A stretch of 64,000 nucleotides of DNA from Bacteroidales bacterium. Lineage in GTDB: Bacteria; Bacteroidota; Bacteroidia; Bacteroidales; VadinHA17. Each line of letters opens with the position of its first letter. Within the stretch, counting starts at the first letter, position 1. The notes under the pieces were generated by a model. The model had not been told where the DNA came from. It worked only from the letters and a program-made list of their open reading frames with translations, and did not search any database. Shown here one piece after another: positions 20,201 through 28,720 of the stretch. The stretch lies in NCBI GenBank assembly GCA_024763075.1, contig JANTGF010000009.1, positions 21,149 through 85,148 on the forward strand. The letters run 5' to 3'. A program made the translations under genes and the position numbers.

Positions 20201-22219
20201 ATGAAGCATCCGGACAAAAATATTCTATTCGCAATAGTTATTTTATTGGGTATATTTTTTCACTGGAATGAAATAAATAAATTTCCATCCTTTATCCATG
20301 CCTGGAGTCAGTCTGATCATTATGCACTGGCTATTGGTTTTTTAAGAAACCATTTCGATTTTTTCCATCCTGTCACTTATGTTCTGAACCCTCAGTTTCC
20401 GGGAGGATTTCAGCAAATTAATGAAACTGGTATTACCGCAGCTGATTTCCCTGTTCATCATTTCATGGCAGCCCTGATCATGAAATTTTCAGGAGGAGTT
20501 CATCCCTGGTGTTTCCGTCTGTATATTCTGATTTACAGCTTTGCCGGCTTGTTTTTTTTATACAAGCTCAGTTTTTTGTTGACCGAAAACAAAGTTCTCT
20601 CTATATTCGTGGTTGTACTTACAGCCACCTCCCCCGTTTTTGTTTACTATCAGGCAGGTTTTTTAGCCAGCATACCTTCACTGGCCAATTTATTCATTGC
20701 TGTCTATTTCTATTTTAAGTATAGTAAATCAAAAGCCCTGAAGTATTTTGTAACAGGCATTGTTTTCCTCACCCTGGCTGCTCTGAGCCGTACTCCCTTT
20801 GTTATCTTCCTGATTGCTCTTTCGGGGCAGGAAACACTGTCCTTTCTGAAAAACAGAAAAATAGATACACAGAAAGGATTCATATTGGCTTTCTCATTTT
20901 CAATCATCCTTGCTTATTTTATTTACAATTCATATCTCAGAAATAAATATGGATCCATTTTCTTATCCCGGCCACTTCCTCCCGATAGTTTTCAGAATTT
21001 CATTCTTGAATTAAAACAGATATTTAAAAACTGGAAACTTCAATATTTTTCCATTTCGCAGTATATTTTTATCCTTATCATCTTAATTTATAAGACATAC
21101 AGAAAGTTAATCCTAAAGCAAAAAGCCTCAAAAGAGGAAACATCTCTGATAACATTCACCGGAATTTCATTCGCCGGTGTATTCCTGTATTTTGTTTTAA
21201 TGATCAAACAGTTTCCTGCCCATGATTATTACTTTCTGGACACTTTCTTCCCTGTTATTATATTCTTGGTGATCTGGATGTTAACCGGTTTTCCGAGAAT
21301 TAAAAGAAAATTTCGTTTTGTTTTCTATCTGGCTTTACTCGTTTTCAGTACCGGGTTTATCCGGAGTTCTATAAAAGTGCAAAACCAAAGGCGGCAAACA
21401 GGCGACTGGGACCGCGTTCAAACCACTCAGGATAATTTTACAGATTCACAGAAATTACTGGATTCACTTGGAGTAAAAACAGATGCAAAAATACTTGTAA
21501 TTGATGCATATGCGCCAAATATTCCGTTTATTTTAATGAACAGAAAAGGTTATGCGATAATGACAACATCTGAGAAAAATATACGGGAAGCCCTTCAATG
21601 GGATTACAATTATATTGCCATTCAGGATGTTTTTCTGTTTCCTGAAGTCGTTTATTCTTACCCCGAAATAATCAATCTGATTGAAAAAGTGGGAGGAAAC
21701 GGAAAAATATCGATCTATAAAAAACTTATAAAACCAAGAAAGACAAAAGACATCCATGACTTCCTTCATCTTGACATGGAAAAAGCTTTAATAATAAAGA
21801 AAATAAACTTTGATTCATTACCCGCAACATGCTGGAAAAATACCTCTGTAAAATACAATGAAGACAAAAATTCCTCCACAGGTTTTATTACATCCGATAA
21901 AAGATTCGGGCTTACACTGACATTAGACAGTTTAGCCGGATTAAAACCAAAGGTGTTACTTTTTGAGGGAGAATTCTTCAATACGGTGGAGACAAACCAA
22001 TTTTTTATTGTTGTGTCCCAAAAAAGTAGTAAAGTAAACTACTACCGGGCCACTGAGATACACTCACTTCTGAGTCGAAAGAGAGAGTGGCAGCACATCT
22101 ATCTATTGTTTAGCCCATTACCAGAGATGGATCTTTCAGAATCAGAATTATCACTCTACTTTTGGAACCCCGGAAATAACAATCTTTTGTACGATAATAT
22201 CACTGTCAGCTTATTTTGA
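20201..22219 (+). CDS. GT-C fold (ArnT/PMT-like) membrane glycosyltransferase with soluble C-terminal domain
   Basis: HAWSQSDH in the first loop, about 11-13 TM segments, HDYY motif, C-terminal soluble domain. Confidence 0.65.
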   Translation: MKHPDKNILFAIVILLGIFFHWNEINKFPSFIHAWSQSDHYALAIGFLRNHFDFFHPVTYVLNPQFPGGFQQINETGITAADFPVHHFMAALIMKFSGGVHPWCFRLYILIYSFAGLFFLYKLSFLLTENKVLSIFVVVLTATSPVFVYYQAGFLASIPSLANLFIAVYFYFKYSKSKALKYFVTGIVFLTLAALSRTPFVIFLIALSGQETLSFLKNRKIDTQKGFILAFSFSIILAYFIYNSYLRNKYGSIFLSRPLPPDSFQNFILELKQIFKNWKLQYFSISQYIFILIILIYKTYRKLILKQKASKEETSLITFTGISFAGVFLYFVLMIKQFPAHDYYFLDTFFPVIIFLVIWMLTGFPRIKRKFRFVFYLALLVFSTGFIRSSIKVQNQRRQTGDWDRVQTTQDNFTDSQKLLDSLGVKTDAKILVIDAYAPNIPFILMNRKGYAIMTTSEKNIREALQWDYNYIAIQDVFLFPEVVYSYPEIINLIEKVGGNGKISIYKKLIKPRKTKDIHDFLHLDMEKALIIKKINFDSLPATCWKNTSVKYNEDKNSSTGFITSDKRFGLTLTLDSLAGLKPKVLLFEGEFFNTVETNQFFIVVSQKSSKVNYYRATEIHSLLSRKREWQHIYLLFSPLPEMDLSESELSLYFWNPGNNNLLYDNITVSLF

Positions 22220-22273
22220 ATTAAAATATCTTCTGAAAAAATCAAAATAAATTTTTGAAATAAAATAAAAAAC

Positions 22274-22281
22274 TATCTTTG
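22274..22281 (+). promoter_or_regulatory. Bacteroidota -7 promoter element for the RRM gene
   Basis: TATCTTTG about 32 nt upstream of the ATG. Confidence 0.55.
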
Positions 22282-22313
22282 TCTAATATTGTATCTTAAA
22301 TTTTTTTATCATT

Positions 22314-22565
22314 ATGAACATTTATGTAGGAAATCTTAATTACAACCTCACTGAAGATGAATTAAGAGAAGTTTTTGAAAAGTACGGCGAAGTAACTTCG
22401 TCAAAAATTATTTCAGACAAGTATTCTGGAAGAAGTAAAGGTTTTGGATTCATTGAAATGGCAAATGACAATGAAGCGAATGAAGCCATCGAGAACCTTG
22501 ATGGTGCCGATGTAAAAGGCAGAAACCTGAAAGTTAACAAAGCCAGGGAGAGAAGAGAGTATTAA
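22314..22565 (+). CDS. RRM-domain RNA-binding protein (RbpA/B/C-like)
   Basis: RNP2 IYVGNL and RNP1 KGFGFIEM motifs. Confidence 0.95.
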   Translation: MNIYVGNLNYNLTEDELREVFEKYGEVTSSKIISDKYSGRSKGFGFIEMANDNEANEAIENLDGADVKGRNLKVNKARERREY

Positions 22566-22623
22566 AACTGGTTTTCCCTGATTTTAATATTTCAAAAGAG
22601 AGTAAAACTTTAACACCCTCAGG

Positions 22624-22664
22624 TAAAAAAAGAAGCTTTGACAATGTCAAAGCTTCTTTTTTTA
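22624..22664. terminator. Bidirectional intrinsic terminator
   Basis: 20-bp perfect inverted repeat TAAAAAAAGAAGCTTTGACA-A-TGTCAAAGCTTCTTTTTTTA between convergent genes. Confidence 0.85.
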
Positions 22665-22675
22665 TGCATATAAAT

Positions 22676-24259
22676 TCAATATGTATTGGCACTAAACCTG
22701 CTGTTGATATATGTATTCAGTTCGCTGAGTGATGATATCTCCTGAGAAGAGTTCCCTGACCTTACATAAAATTTCTCTGATTTTCTGCCGGATTTATCAG
22801 CCAGCTCCACAAACAATGGCTGCTTCCCTTTTTCAACATGAATCACACAAATCTGTTTACCAGTTACATCCGGAAACTCAATATGAATATTATTTGTAGT
22901 AAAAGAAATACCAAACTGCGAATTGAGAAGATTCCTGAGATGTAACTCAAAGTAATCGGTTCCATATTTCTTCAGGGAATTAAAATCATCCTCAAGACCC
23001 AGCACTTCTCCATTATCATTTGCACCAATAACAAGCATACCTCCTTCACCATTATTAAAAGCAGCAATTGTCTTTAATACAACTTCTTCAAGCTTTTGAT
23101 TTACAGTATTCTCATTTAAATCCCATCTCAAAGTAGATTTAAACTCAATTCTGGCATTTTCACCCTTTTGAATCAAATTAAGCCAGTAATCATCCTCTTT
23201 CACGGAACTACTATCTGGCGGTTCCGAAAATTGTAATTTATTACGTCTCCTGAAATATAAAAATATTACAATAGTCAGAATAACAAAGATTATCCCTAAA
23301 ATATAATACAGGTTTTGTTTGATCTTACCTGCCAGAAGTTGGTCCTCCTTAATGGCTATACCATAGGAAACAGGATACCGTTGAGTTGTTTGTATCCACC
23401 AGCGATTATTATCAAGATCAAAAGTATGTGTTTCAATATTTCCGGCTTCAACTAATTTCAAACTTTGTGTAATGAAATAATATACTGAATCATTTGCGGC
23501 AAATTCCGGCAGATTTGTTTTACTGATAAATACCAAAGTGTCATCTTTCAGTGCAGGTATTTGAATGTAATCGCCATCAGTTGTTTCAATAAAAATTCGC
23601 CTGTCTCTATACCAACGAAACCTGGTAAGTGCCTCAACCATTTTGCTTACCGGTATTTCTATTGCAACATTTTTTGTTTTATCTAAAAAGAATGTACCAC
23701 GTAAAACAGGTTTTCCGGTATAAACTGATTTAGGATTTCCGCTCCAGCTAACATCGTTTCCTGAATGATTCTCAATTTCCGTGTCACCTGAAACTTTACT
23801 TGTATTAAGCTTCATTATCTCATTCCACCGCCCTATTTCCTGATCCGGATTCTTGAACCGTTTCCAAACATAAACCGAATCATTCTCTCCTGGGATTTCA
23901 CGAAAGTTGGTAACATATGAACCTTTGTCTTTATACATAATAAATTCCCGGCCTCCAGAATCTTTACAGATTACCGCCGAAACGGCAGGATTCGAAATAA
24001 ACAACCCATACCATTTTTCAATCATATAGGTTTCATTTCCCAACGAGAGGTCTTCATCTTTATACCAATCTAATACTTCTCTAAAATCCTTCTGCATAGG
24101 CATGAAGAATCCATCAATATCTTCTCCCACCTGTTCTGAAACTTCTGCAATTATATTCTCTGAAAATAAAGATTCCTTTTTTGACTCAAGAAAAGCTACT
24201 ACAAGAATAAAAAAAATTATTCCGGAAATTACAAATATGTATTTGACTTTAAATTTCAT
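22676..24259 (-). CDS. Membrane protein: TM, periplasmic (Cache-like?) domain, TM, cytoplasmic Schlafen/AlbA_2 domain
   Basis: TM1 YIFVISGIIFFILVVAFL; TM2 LYYILGIIFVILTIVIFLYF followed by RRRNK; C-terminal GENARIEFKSTLRW...IAAFNNGEGGMLVIGANDNG...FYVRSGNSS is AlbA_2-like; start taken at ATG 24259. Confidence 0.8.
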   Translation of the reverse strand: MKFKVKYIFVISGIIFFILVVAFLESKKESLFSENIIAEVSEQVGEDIDGFFMPMQKDFREVLDWYKDEDLSLGNETYMIEKWYGLFISNPAVSAVICKDSGGREFIMYKDKGSYVTNFREIPGENDSVYVWKRFKNPDQEIGRWNEIMKLNTSKVSGDTEIENHSGNDVSWSGNPKSVYTGKPVLRGTFFLDKTKNVAIEIPVSKMVEALTRFRWYRDRRIFIETTDGDYIQIPALKDDTLVFISKTNLPEFAANDSVYYFITQSLKLVEAGNIETHTFDLDNNRWWIQTTQRYPVSYGIAIKEDQLLAGKIKQNLYYILGIIFVILTIVIFLYFRRRNKLQFSEPPDSSSVKEDDYWLNLIQKGENARIEFKSTLRWDLNENTVNQKLEEVVLKTIAAFNNGEGGMLVIGANDNGEVLGLEDDFNSLKKYGTDYFELHLRNLLNSQFGISFTTNNIHIEFPDVTGKQICVIHVEKGKQPLFVELADKSGRKSEKFYVRSGNSSQEISSLSELNTYINSRFSANTY

Positions 24260-24472
24260 CTCTCTTTCCCATTTAACAGAGCTGCAAAAGTGATAAAAAA
24301 AGCCCATTCAAAAAAATTCCTTTAATCATTCATTATTTTTATCAATTTTAACTTACATTTGGCTAAATTTTATAGCCTTTGAAATCATTTTTTGTTCATT
24401 TTAAAACTTTTTTAACGGAGAAACGGAGATTTCATAAAATAAGGCAAGCTGAATAAAACATCTAAGTTTACT

Positions 24473-25039
24473 ATGCAAAAAATCATTCCTTTTGTTCTGC
24501 TGGTTTTTATTCTCCAATCTTGTTCACCTTATAAAGTCACACAGGAGTATGATAAAAATACTGATTTTAATCAATTCAGGACTTTTAGTTTTTATCCCTG
24601 GGATCCGGAGAATTCAAGAGTAATAAACCGCTTTGACCAGGAAAGATTAACTGCCGCTATTGCCGATGAACTCACTAAGAAAGGATACAAACAAGTGAAT
24701 GAGAAAGGGGACCTTGTTGTTGATATATTTGTAATTCTGGACAGGAAACAATCCACTACAGCTTATACCAGTCATTATGCCAGTCCATATTGGGGTGGTT
24801 ATGGTTTTTATGGATATGGCTATGGATACTTCCCCGGATACGGATCAACGGTTGTGGAAACCTCTAATTATGTTCAGGGCACAATAATTATTAATCTTTT
24901 TGACCGTATGGGAAAAAGACTGGTATGGCAGGGAACCGGAATTGGAACTGTGAGTCCTGATCATCAGGAAAGAAAAGCCAATATACCTAAAATAGTTGAA
25001 CAGATATTTTTTAAATTTCCAAAAAAGAAAAAGAAATAA
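24473..25039 (+). CDS. DUF4136-family lipoprotein
   Basis: Lipobox LQSC; YD...DF..FRTF; Gly/Tyr-rich loop; Y.QGTIIINLFD....LVWQG. Confidence 0.85.
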   Translation: MQKIIPFVLLVFILQSCSPYKVTQEYDKNTDFNQFRTFSFYPWDPENSRVINRFDQERLTAAIADELTKKGYKQVNEKGDLVVDIFVILDRKQSTTAYTSHYASPYWGGYGFYGYGYGYFPGYGSTVVETSNYVQGTIIINLFDRMGKRLVWQGTGIGTVSPDHQERKANIPKIVEQIFFKFPKKKKK

Positions 25040-25182
25040 TAAACACTGTACACGGCTTATGCATTATCCTAAATATCAAACAGAAATCAGGTTATCTGCA
25101 TATTAACGGGTACAATCATGCCTCAGGCTATAAGCTAAATACTTTTCTGAATTTTAAGGGGCCTGAAAAATAAATTCTAACT

Positions 25183-26304
25183 ATGAGTATTAAAATTGAA
25201 GAAGTTGCGAACAAGAAGAAAAAGCTGCGAAAATTTATTCATTTTCCTGCCAGCATTCACAAAGAACATAATACCTGGGTTCCTCCGATTTACATGGATG
25301 AATGGAGCCTTTTCAACCCCAAAAAAAACAAAGCATTCTTATATTCAGATGTTATAATGCTTTTGGCATACAAAAATGGCAAGCTGGCAGGTAGAATCAT
25401 GGGGCTCATTAATTACAAATACAATGAGATTCATAATGAAAACCACGGACGTTTTGCTTTTATGGATTGTATTAATGACCAGGAAGTTGCCCACTCAATG
25501 ATTTCCTATGTGGAAAACTGGGCCACAAAAAAGGGAATGTCAAAATTAATTGGACCTCTGGCCTTCTCGGATAAAGACCCACAGGGTTTCCTTATTGAAG
25601 GTTATGAACACCTGGCCATTCTTGATACTGCATGCAATCACCCTTACATGGTTGAATTAATAAAAAATGAAGGCTTCATTAAAAAAGTTGACCTGAATGA
25701 TTATCTCTTAAAAGTTGATGGTAAAGTTCCGGATATGTACCAAATGATCTACAACAGGTTGATGAAAAATTCAAAATATGAGATTATTGAATTTAAAAAG
25801 AAAAAAGAATTAAAACCTTTTATAGTTCCGGTTCTTGAGTTAATGAATAATACCTACGAAAAGATATACGGTTATGTTCCTCTCACAAAAGCAGAAATGA
25901 AAGAGCTGGCCCGGAGGTATATTCCAATCCTGGATCCTGATTTTCTTAAAGTCATAATGATGGATAATAAGGTAGTCAGTTTTGTAATTGGCATTCCTGA
26001 TCCGGCAAAAGGATTAAAGAAGTCAAAAGGTTATCTTTTCCCGTTTGGTATTTTCCATATTTTCAGGGCAATTAAAAAATCCAAACATTTGGTATTGCTG
26101 CTTGGTGCAGTTGATAAAGAACACCGGGATAAGGGGGTGGATGCATTAATGGCTGTAAAAACTTTTGAATCTGCCATTCAGCGAAATATGAAATCTATTG
26201 AAAGTCATCTAATTCTGGAAACAAATACAAAGATGAATGCCGAAGTTTTACGAGCGAACGGAGAAATTATTAAAAAATTCCGGATCTTTCAGAAAGATTT
26301 ATAG
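25183..26304 (+). CDS. YghO-like double-GNAT protein (bacterial ceramide synthase bCerS-like family)
   Basis: FIHFP..IHK....WVPP, GRIMG.IN, RFAFMD, GPLAFSD.D.QGFLIEG, PFGIFHI and ILETN..M motifs. Confidence 0.7.
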   Translation: MSIKIEEVANKKKKLRKFIHFPASIHKEHNTWVPPIYMDEWSLFNPKKNKAFLYSDVIMLLAYKNGKLAGRIMGLINYKYNEIHNENHGRFAFMDCINDQEVAHSMISYVENWATKKGMSKLIGPLAFSDKDPQGFLIEGYEHLAILDTACNHPYMVELIKNEGFIKKVDLNDYLLKVDGKVPDMYQMIYNRLMKNSKYEIIEFKKKKELKPFIVPVLELMNNTYEKIYGYVPLTKAEMKELARRYIPILDPDFLKVIMMDNKVVSFVIGIPDPAKGLKKSKGYLFPFGIFHIFRAIKKSKHLVLLLGAVDKEHRDKGVDALMAVKTFESAIQRNMKSIESHLILETNTKMNAEVLRANGEIIKKFRIFQKDL

Positions 26305-26327
26305 TTTTCACCTTTAAGAACCTTTTA

Positions 26328-27044
26328 ATGAGCAAATTATCAATAATTATCCCGGTTTATAATGAAGAAAAAACCATTCTGGATATACTAAATATTGTTT
26401 CAGAAGTTAAGCTTATTAACGAAATCCAAAAGGAAATTATTCTGGTAAATGATTGTTCAACTGACGAAAGCGAAAAGGTCATACAATCATTCATAAGCCA
26501 GAAAGGTCATGAAGATTTTAAATATTTTATTCAGGAGAAAAATATGGGAAAAGGTGCTGCTCTGCACCGTGGTATAAAGGAAGCAACAGGAGATTTTATC
26601 ATCATTCAGGATGCTGACCTTGAATATGACCCATATGAATACAACAGTTTATTAAAGCCGGTTATTGATGGATTTGCCGATGTTGTTTACGGCTCCAGGT
26701 TTAAAGGGGCCATGCCACACAGGGTCTTGTTTTTCTGGCATTCGATCGGAAATAATTTACTGACTTTTCTTTCTAATATTTTTACAAATCTAAACCTGAC
26801 TGACATGGAAACCTGTTATAAGCTTTTCAGGACTGAAAAGATCAAAGGGCTTGATTTAAAGGAGAATCGCTTTGGTTTTGAGCCTGAGGTAACCGCTAAA
26901 ATTAGCAGAATACCGGATATACGGATCTATGAAGTTGGAATATCCTATTATGGAAGAACTTATGCCGAAGGGAAAAAAATAAACTGGAAAGATGGTTTGC
27001 GAGCCATCTATTGTATTTTTAAATACGGTTTGTTTTCAAAATAG
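26328..27044 (+). CDS. GT2 polyprenol-phosphate glycosyltransferase (DPM1/ArnC-like)
   Basis: [37 protein letters not shown] and DMETCYK motifs. Confidence 0.92.
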   Translation: MSKLSIIIPVYNEEKTILDILNIVSEVKLINEIQKEIILVNDCSTDESEKVIQSFISQKGHEDFKYFIQEKNMGKGAALHRGIKEATGDFIIIQDADLEYDPYEYNSLLKPVIDGFADVVYGSRFKGAMPHRVLFFWHSIGNNLLTFLSNIFTNLNLTDMETCYKLFRTEKIKGLDLKENRFGFEPEVTAKISRIPDIRIYEVGISYYGRTYAEGKKINWKDGLRAIYCIFKYGLFSK

Positions 27045-27052
27045 TATTTGGC

Positions 27053-28720
27053 ATGCAAGCAAAGATTTCAAAAAGCCTGCTTATCATCCTGATTCTTACC
27101 TTTATTGATTATCTGCTTGGTATGATCATGACTGACCTGATGGAAGTTGACACTATGCAATATGCTTCCATAGCACGGGAAATGCTTGATTCAGGCAACT
27201 TTCTTCAGGTTTATCACCGTCACCTTGATTACCTTGACAAACCTCCGCTTGTTTTTTGGCTTTCTTCTCTTTCTTTTCATATACTGGGACGTACAGCATT
27301 CGCATTCAGAGTACCTTCCCTCCTTTTTACAATCCTGGGAGCATTTTCAACCTATAAACTGGGCAAATTGTACTATAACAGGCAAACCGGTTTACTGGCA
27401 GCTGTTGTTCTTACCACCAGCCAGGCATGGTTCATGATCAACAATGACCCAAAAACGGATACTATTCTTGCAGGAGCCGTAATCTTTGGTGTATGGCAAC
27501 TGATTGAATACATAAAGAATAAAAAAGCCCTGAATTTCTTTCTGGGGTTTTTGGGAGTATCACTGGCCATGCTGGAAAAAGGCCCAGTCGGGCTGGCAGT
27601 ACCGGTTCTGGCAATCGGAACTGAAATTATATATCATAAAGACTGGAAGGCCCTTTTTAAATGGCAGTGGATTGCAGGCATATTTGTTATTCTGATTTTA
27701 TTAAGCCCCATGCTTTGGGGATTGTATCAACAATTTGGCCCGGATGGTATTCGGTTCTATTTCTGGACGCAAAGCTTTGGCAGAATAACGGGAGAAAGTG
27801 TTTGGGAAAACTCTGCTGGACCTTTATACTTTGTTCACACTTTTCTTTGGACATTCCTCCCATGGATGGTTTTGGCAATCTATGGAGCCGGATTAAAATT
27901 CAGGGATATCTATAAAGATATTTCGAAGAAAGAAAGGAATACTGAAGTACTGAGTTTAGCAGGTTTCTTGATGCCTTTCATTGCTTTTTCCTTTTCTCAT
28001 TTTAAATTGCCACAATATATTTTCGTATGTTTTCCCTTTGTGTCAATTCTTACCGCACACGCCCTGCAAACTGTTGTGGATAAAAAACAATCAGGAGTGA
28101 AAAAGGGATTTTTTATTTTTCAGACTTTCCTAAATCTGATTCTGTGGTTTTCAGCTTTATACCTGGGCATTAGGGTATTTCCTATTACAAATCCTTTTAT
28201 CTGGTCGGCAACAGTTGTTTTGCTAGGGTTATCGGTTTATCATAGTTTTAGCAAAAAACAGGTGAAACTAAATATTCTTTTGCCCTCTGCATTTTCAATT
28301 ATTGCATTTAATTTCCTTATGAATACGAACTTTTACCCAAAACTGATGCAATACCAGAGTGGTACGACTATTTCAGAATATGTAAAAGAGAAAAAAATCC
28401 CTGTTCAACATTTATATATTTATAACGACATCAATCACTCCCTTGATTTTCATTTAGATACAATTGTTCCAGTGCTTGAGAGTACAGAAGAAGTAAAGGA
28501 GAAACTAAGTTCCGAAAATGAAATATTTCTTATTGTTGCGGAAGATGAAAAAACTCAACTTTTAAACTTTCCTGTTGAAATTAAGTCAAAAAAAGTATTT
28601 GAAAGCTTTAGAATCAGCAGGTTAAGCTCTTCTTTCCTGAATCCTGAATCCAGGCCACAAGTAATTAAAAAAGTTTATCTGTTGGATCTGGTGTCAAAGC
28701 AAAAGAAAAATAACCTTTAA
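27053..28720 (+). CDS. GT-C (ArnT/GT83, GT39-like) glycosyltransferase
   Basis: D..QYASIAREM, YLDKPPL.FW, FRVPS, KGPVG and KLPQY motifs; about 13 TM. Confidence 0.88.
   Translation: MQAKISKSLLIILILTFIDYLLGMIMTDLMEVDTMQYASIAREMLDSGNFLQVYHRHLDYLDKPPLVFWLSSLSFHILGRTAFAFRVPSLLFTILGAFSTYKLGKLYYNRQTGLLAAVVLTTSQAWFMINNDPKTDTILAGAVIFGVWQLIEYIKNKKALNFFLGFLGVSLAMLEKGPVGLAVPVLAIGTEIIYHKDWKALFKWQWIAGIFVILILLSPMLWGLYQQFGPDGIRFYFWTQSFGRITGESVWENSAGPLYFVHTFLWTFLPWMVLAIYGAGLKFRDIYKDISKKERNTEVLSLAGFLMPFIAFSFSHFKLPQYIFVCFPFVSILTAHALQTVVDKKQSGVKKGFFIFQTFLNLILWFSALYLGIRVFPITNPFIWSATVVLLGLSVYHSFSKKQVKLNILLPSAFSIIAFNFLMNTNFYPKLMQYQSGTTISEYVKEKKIPVQHLYIYNDINHSLDFHLDTIVPVLESTEEVKEKLSSENEIFLIVAEDEKTQLLNFPVEIKSKKVFESFRISRLSSSFLNPESRPQVIKKVYLLDLVSKQKKNNL

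Noticed and set aside
24260-24307. Upstream ORF-track extensions (also hypB 48578-48634, hoxU 54018-54110, 60422-60463, 3328-3345)
   Set aside because: They overlap promoters, terminators or neighbouring genes; downstream ATGs give family-typical N-termini.
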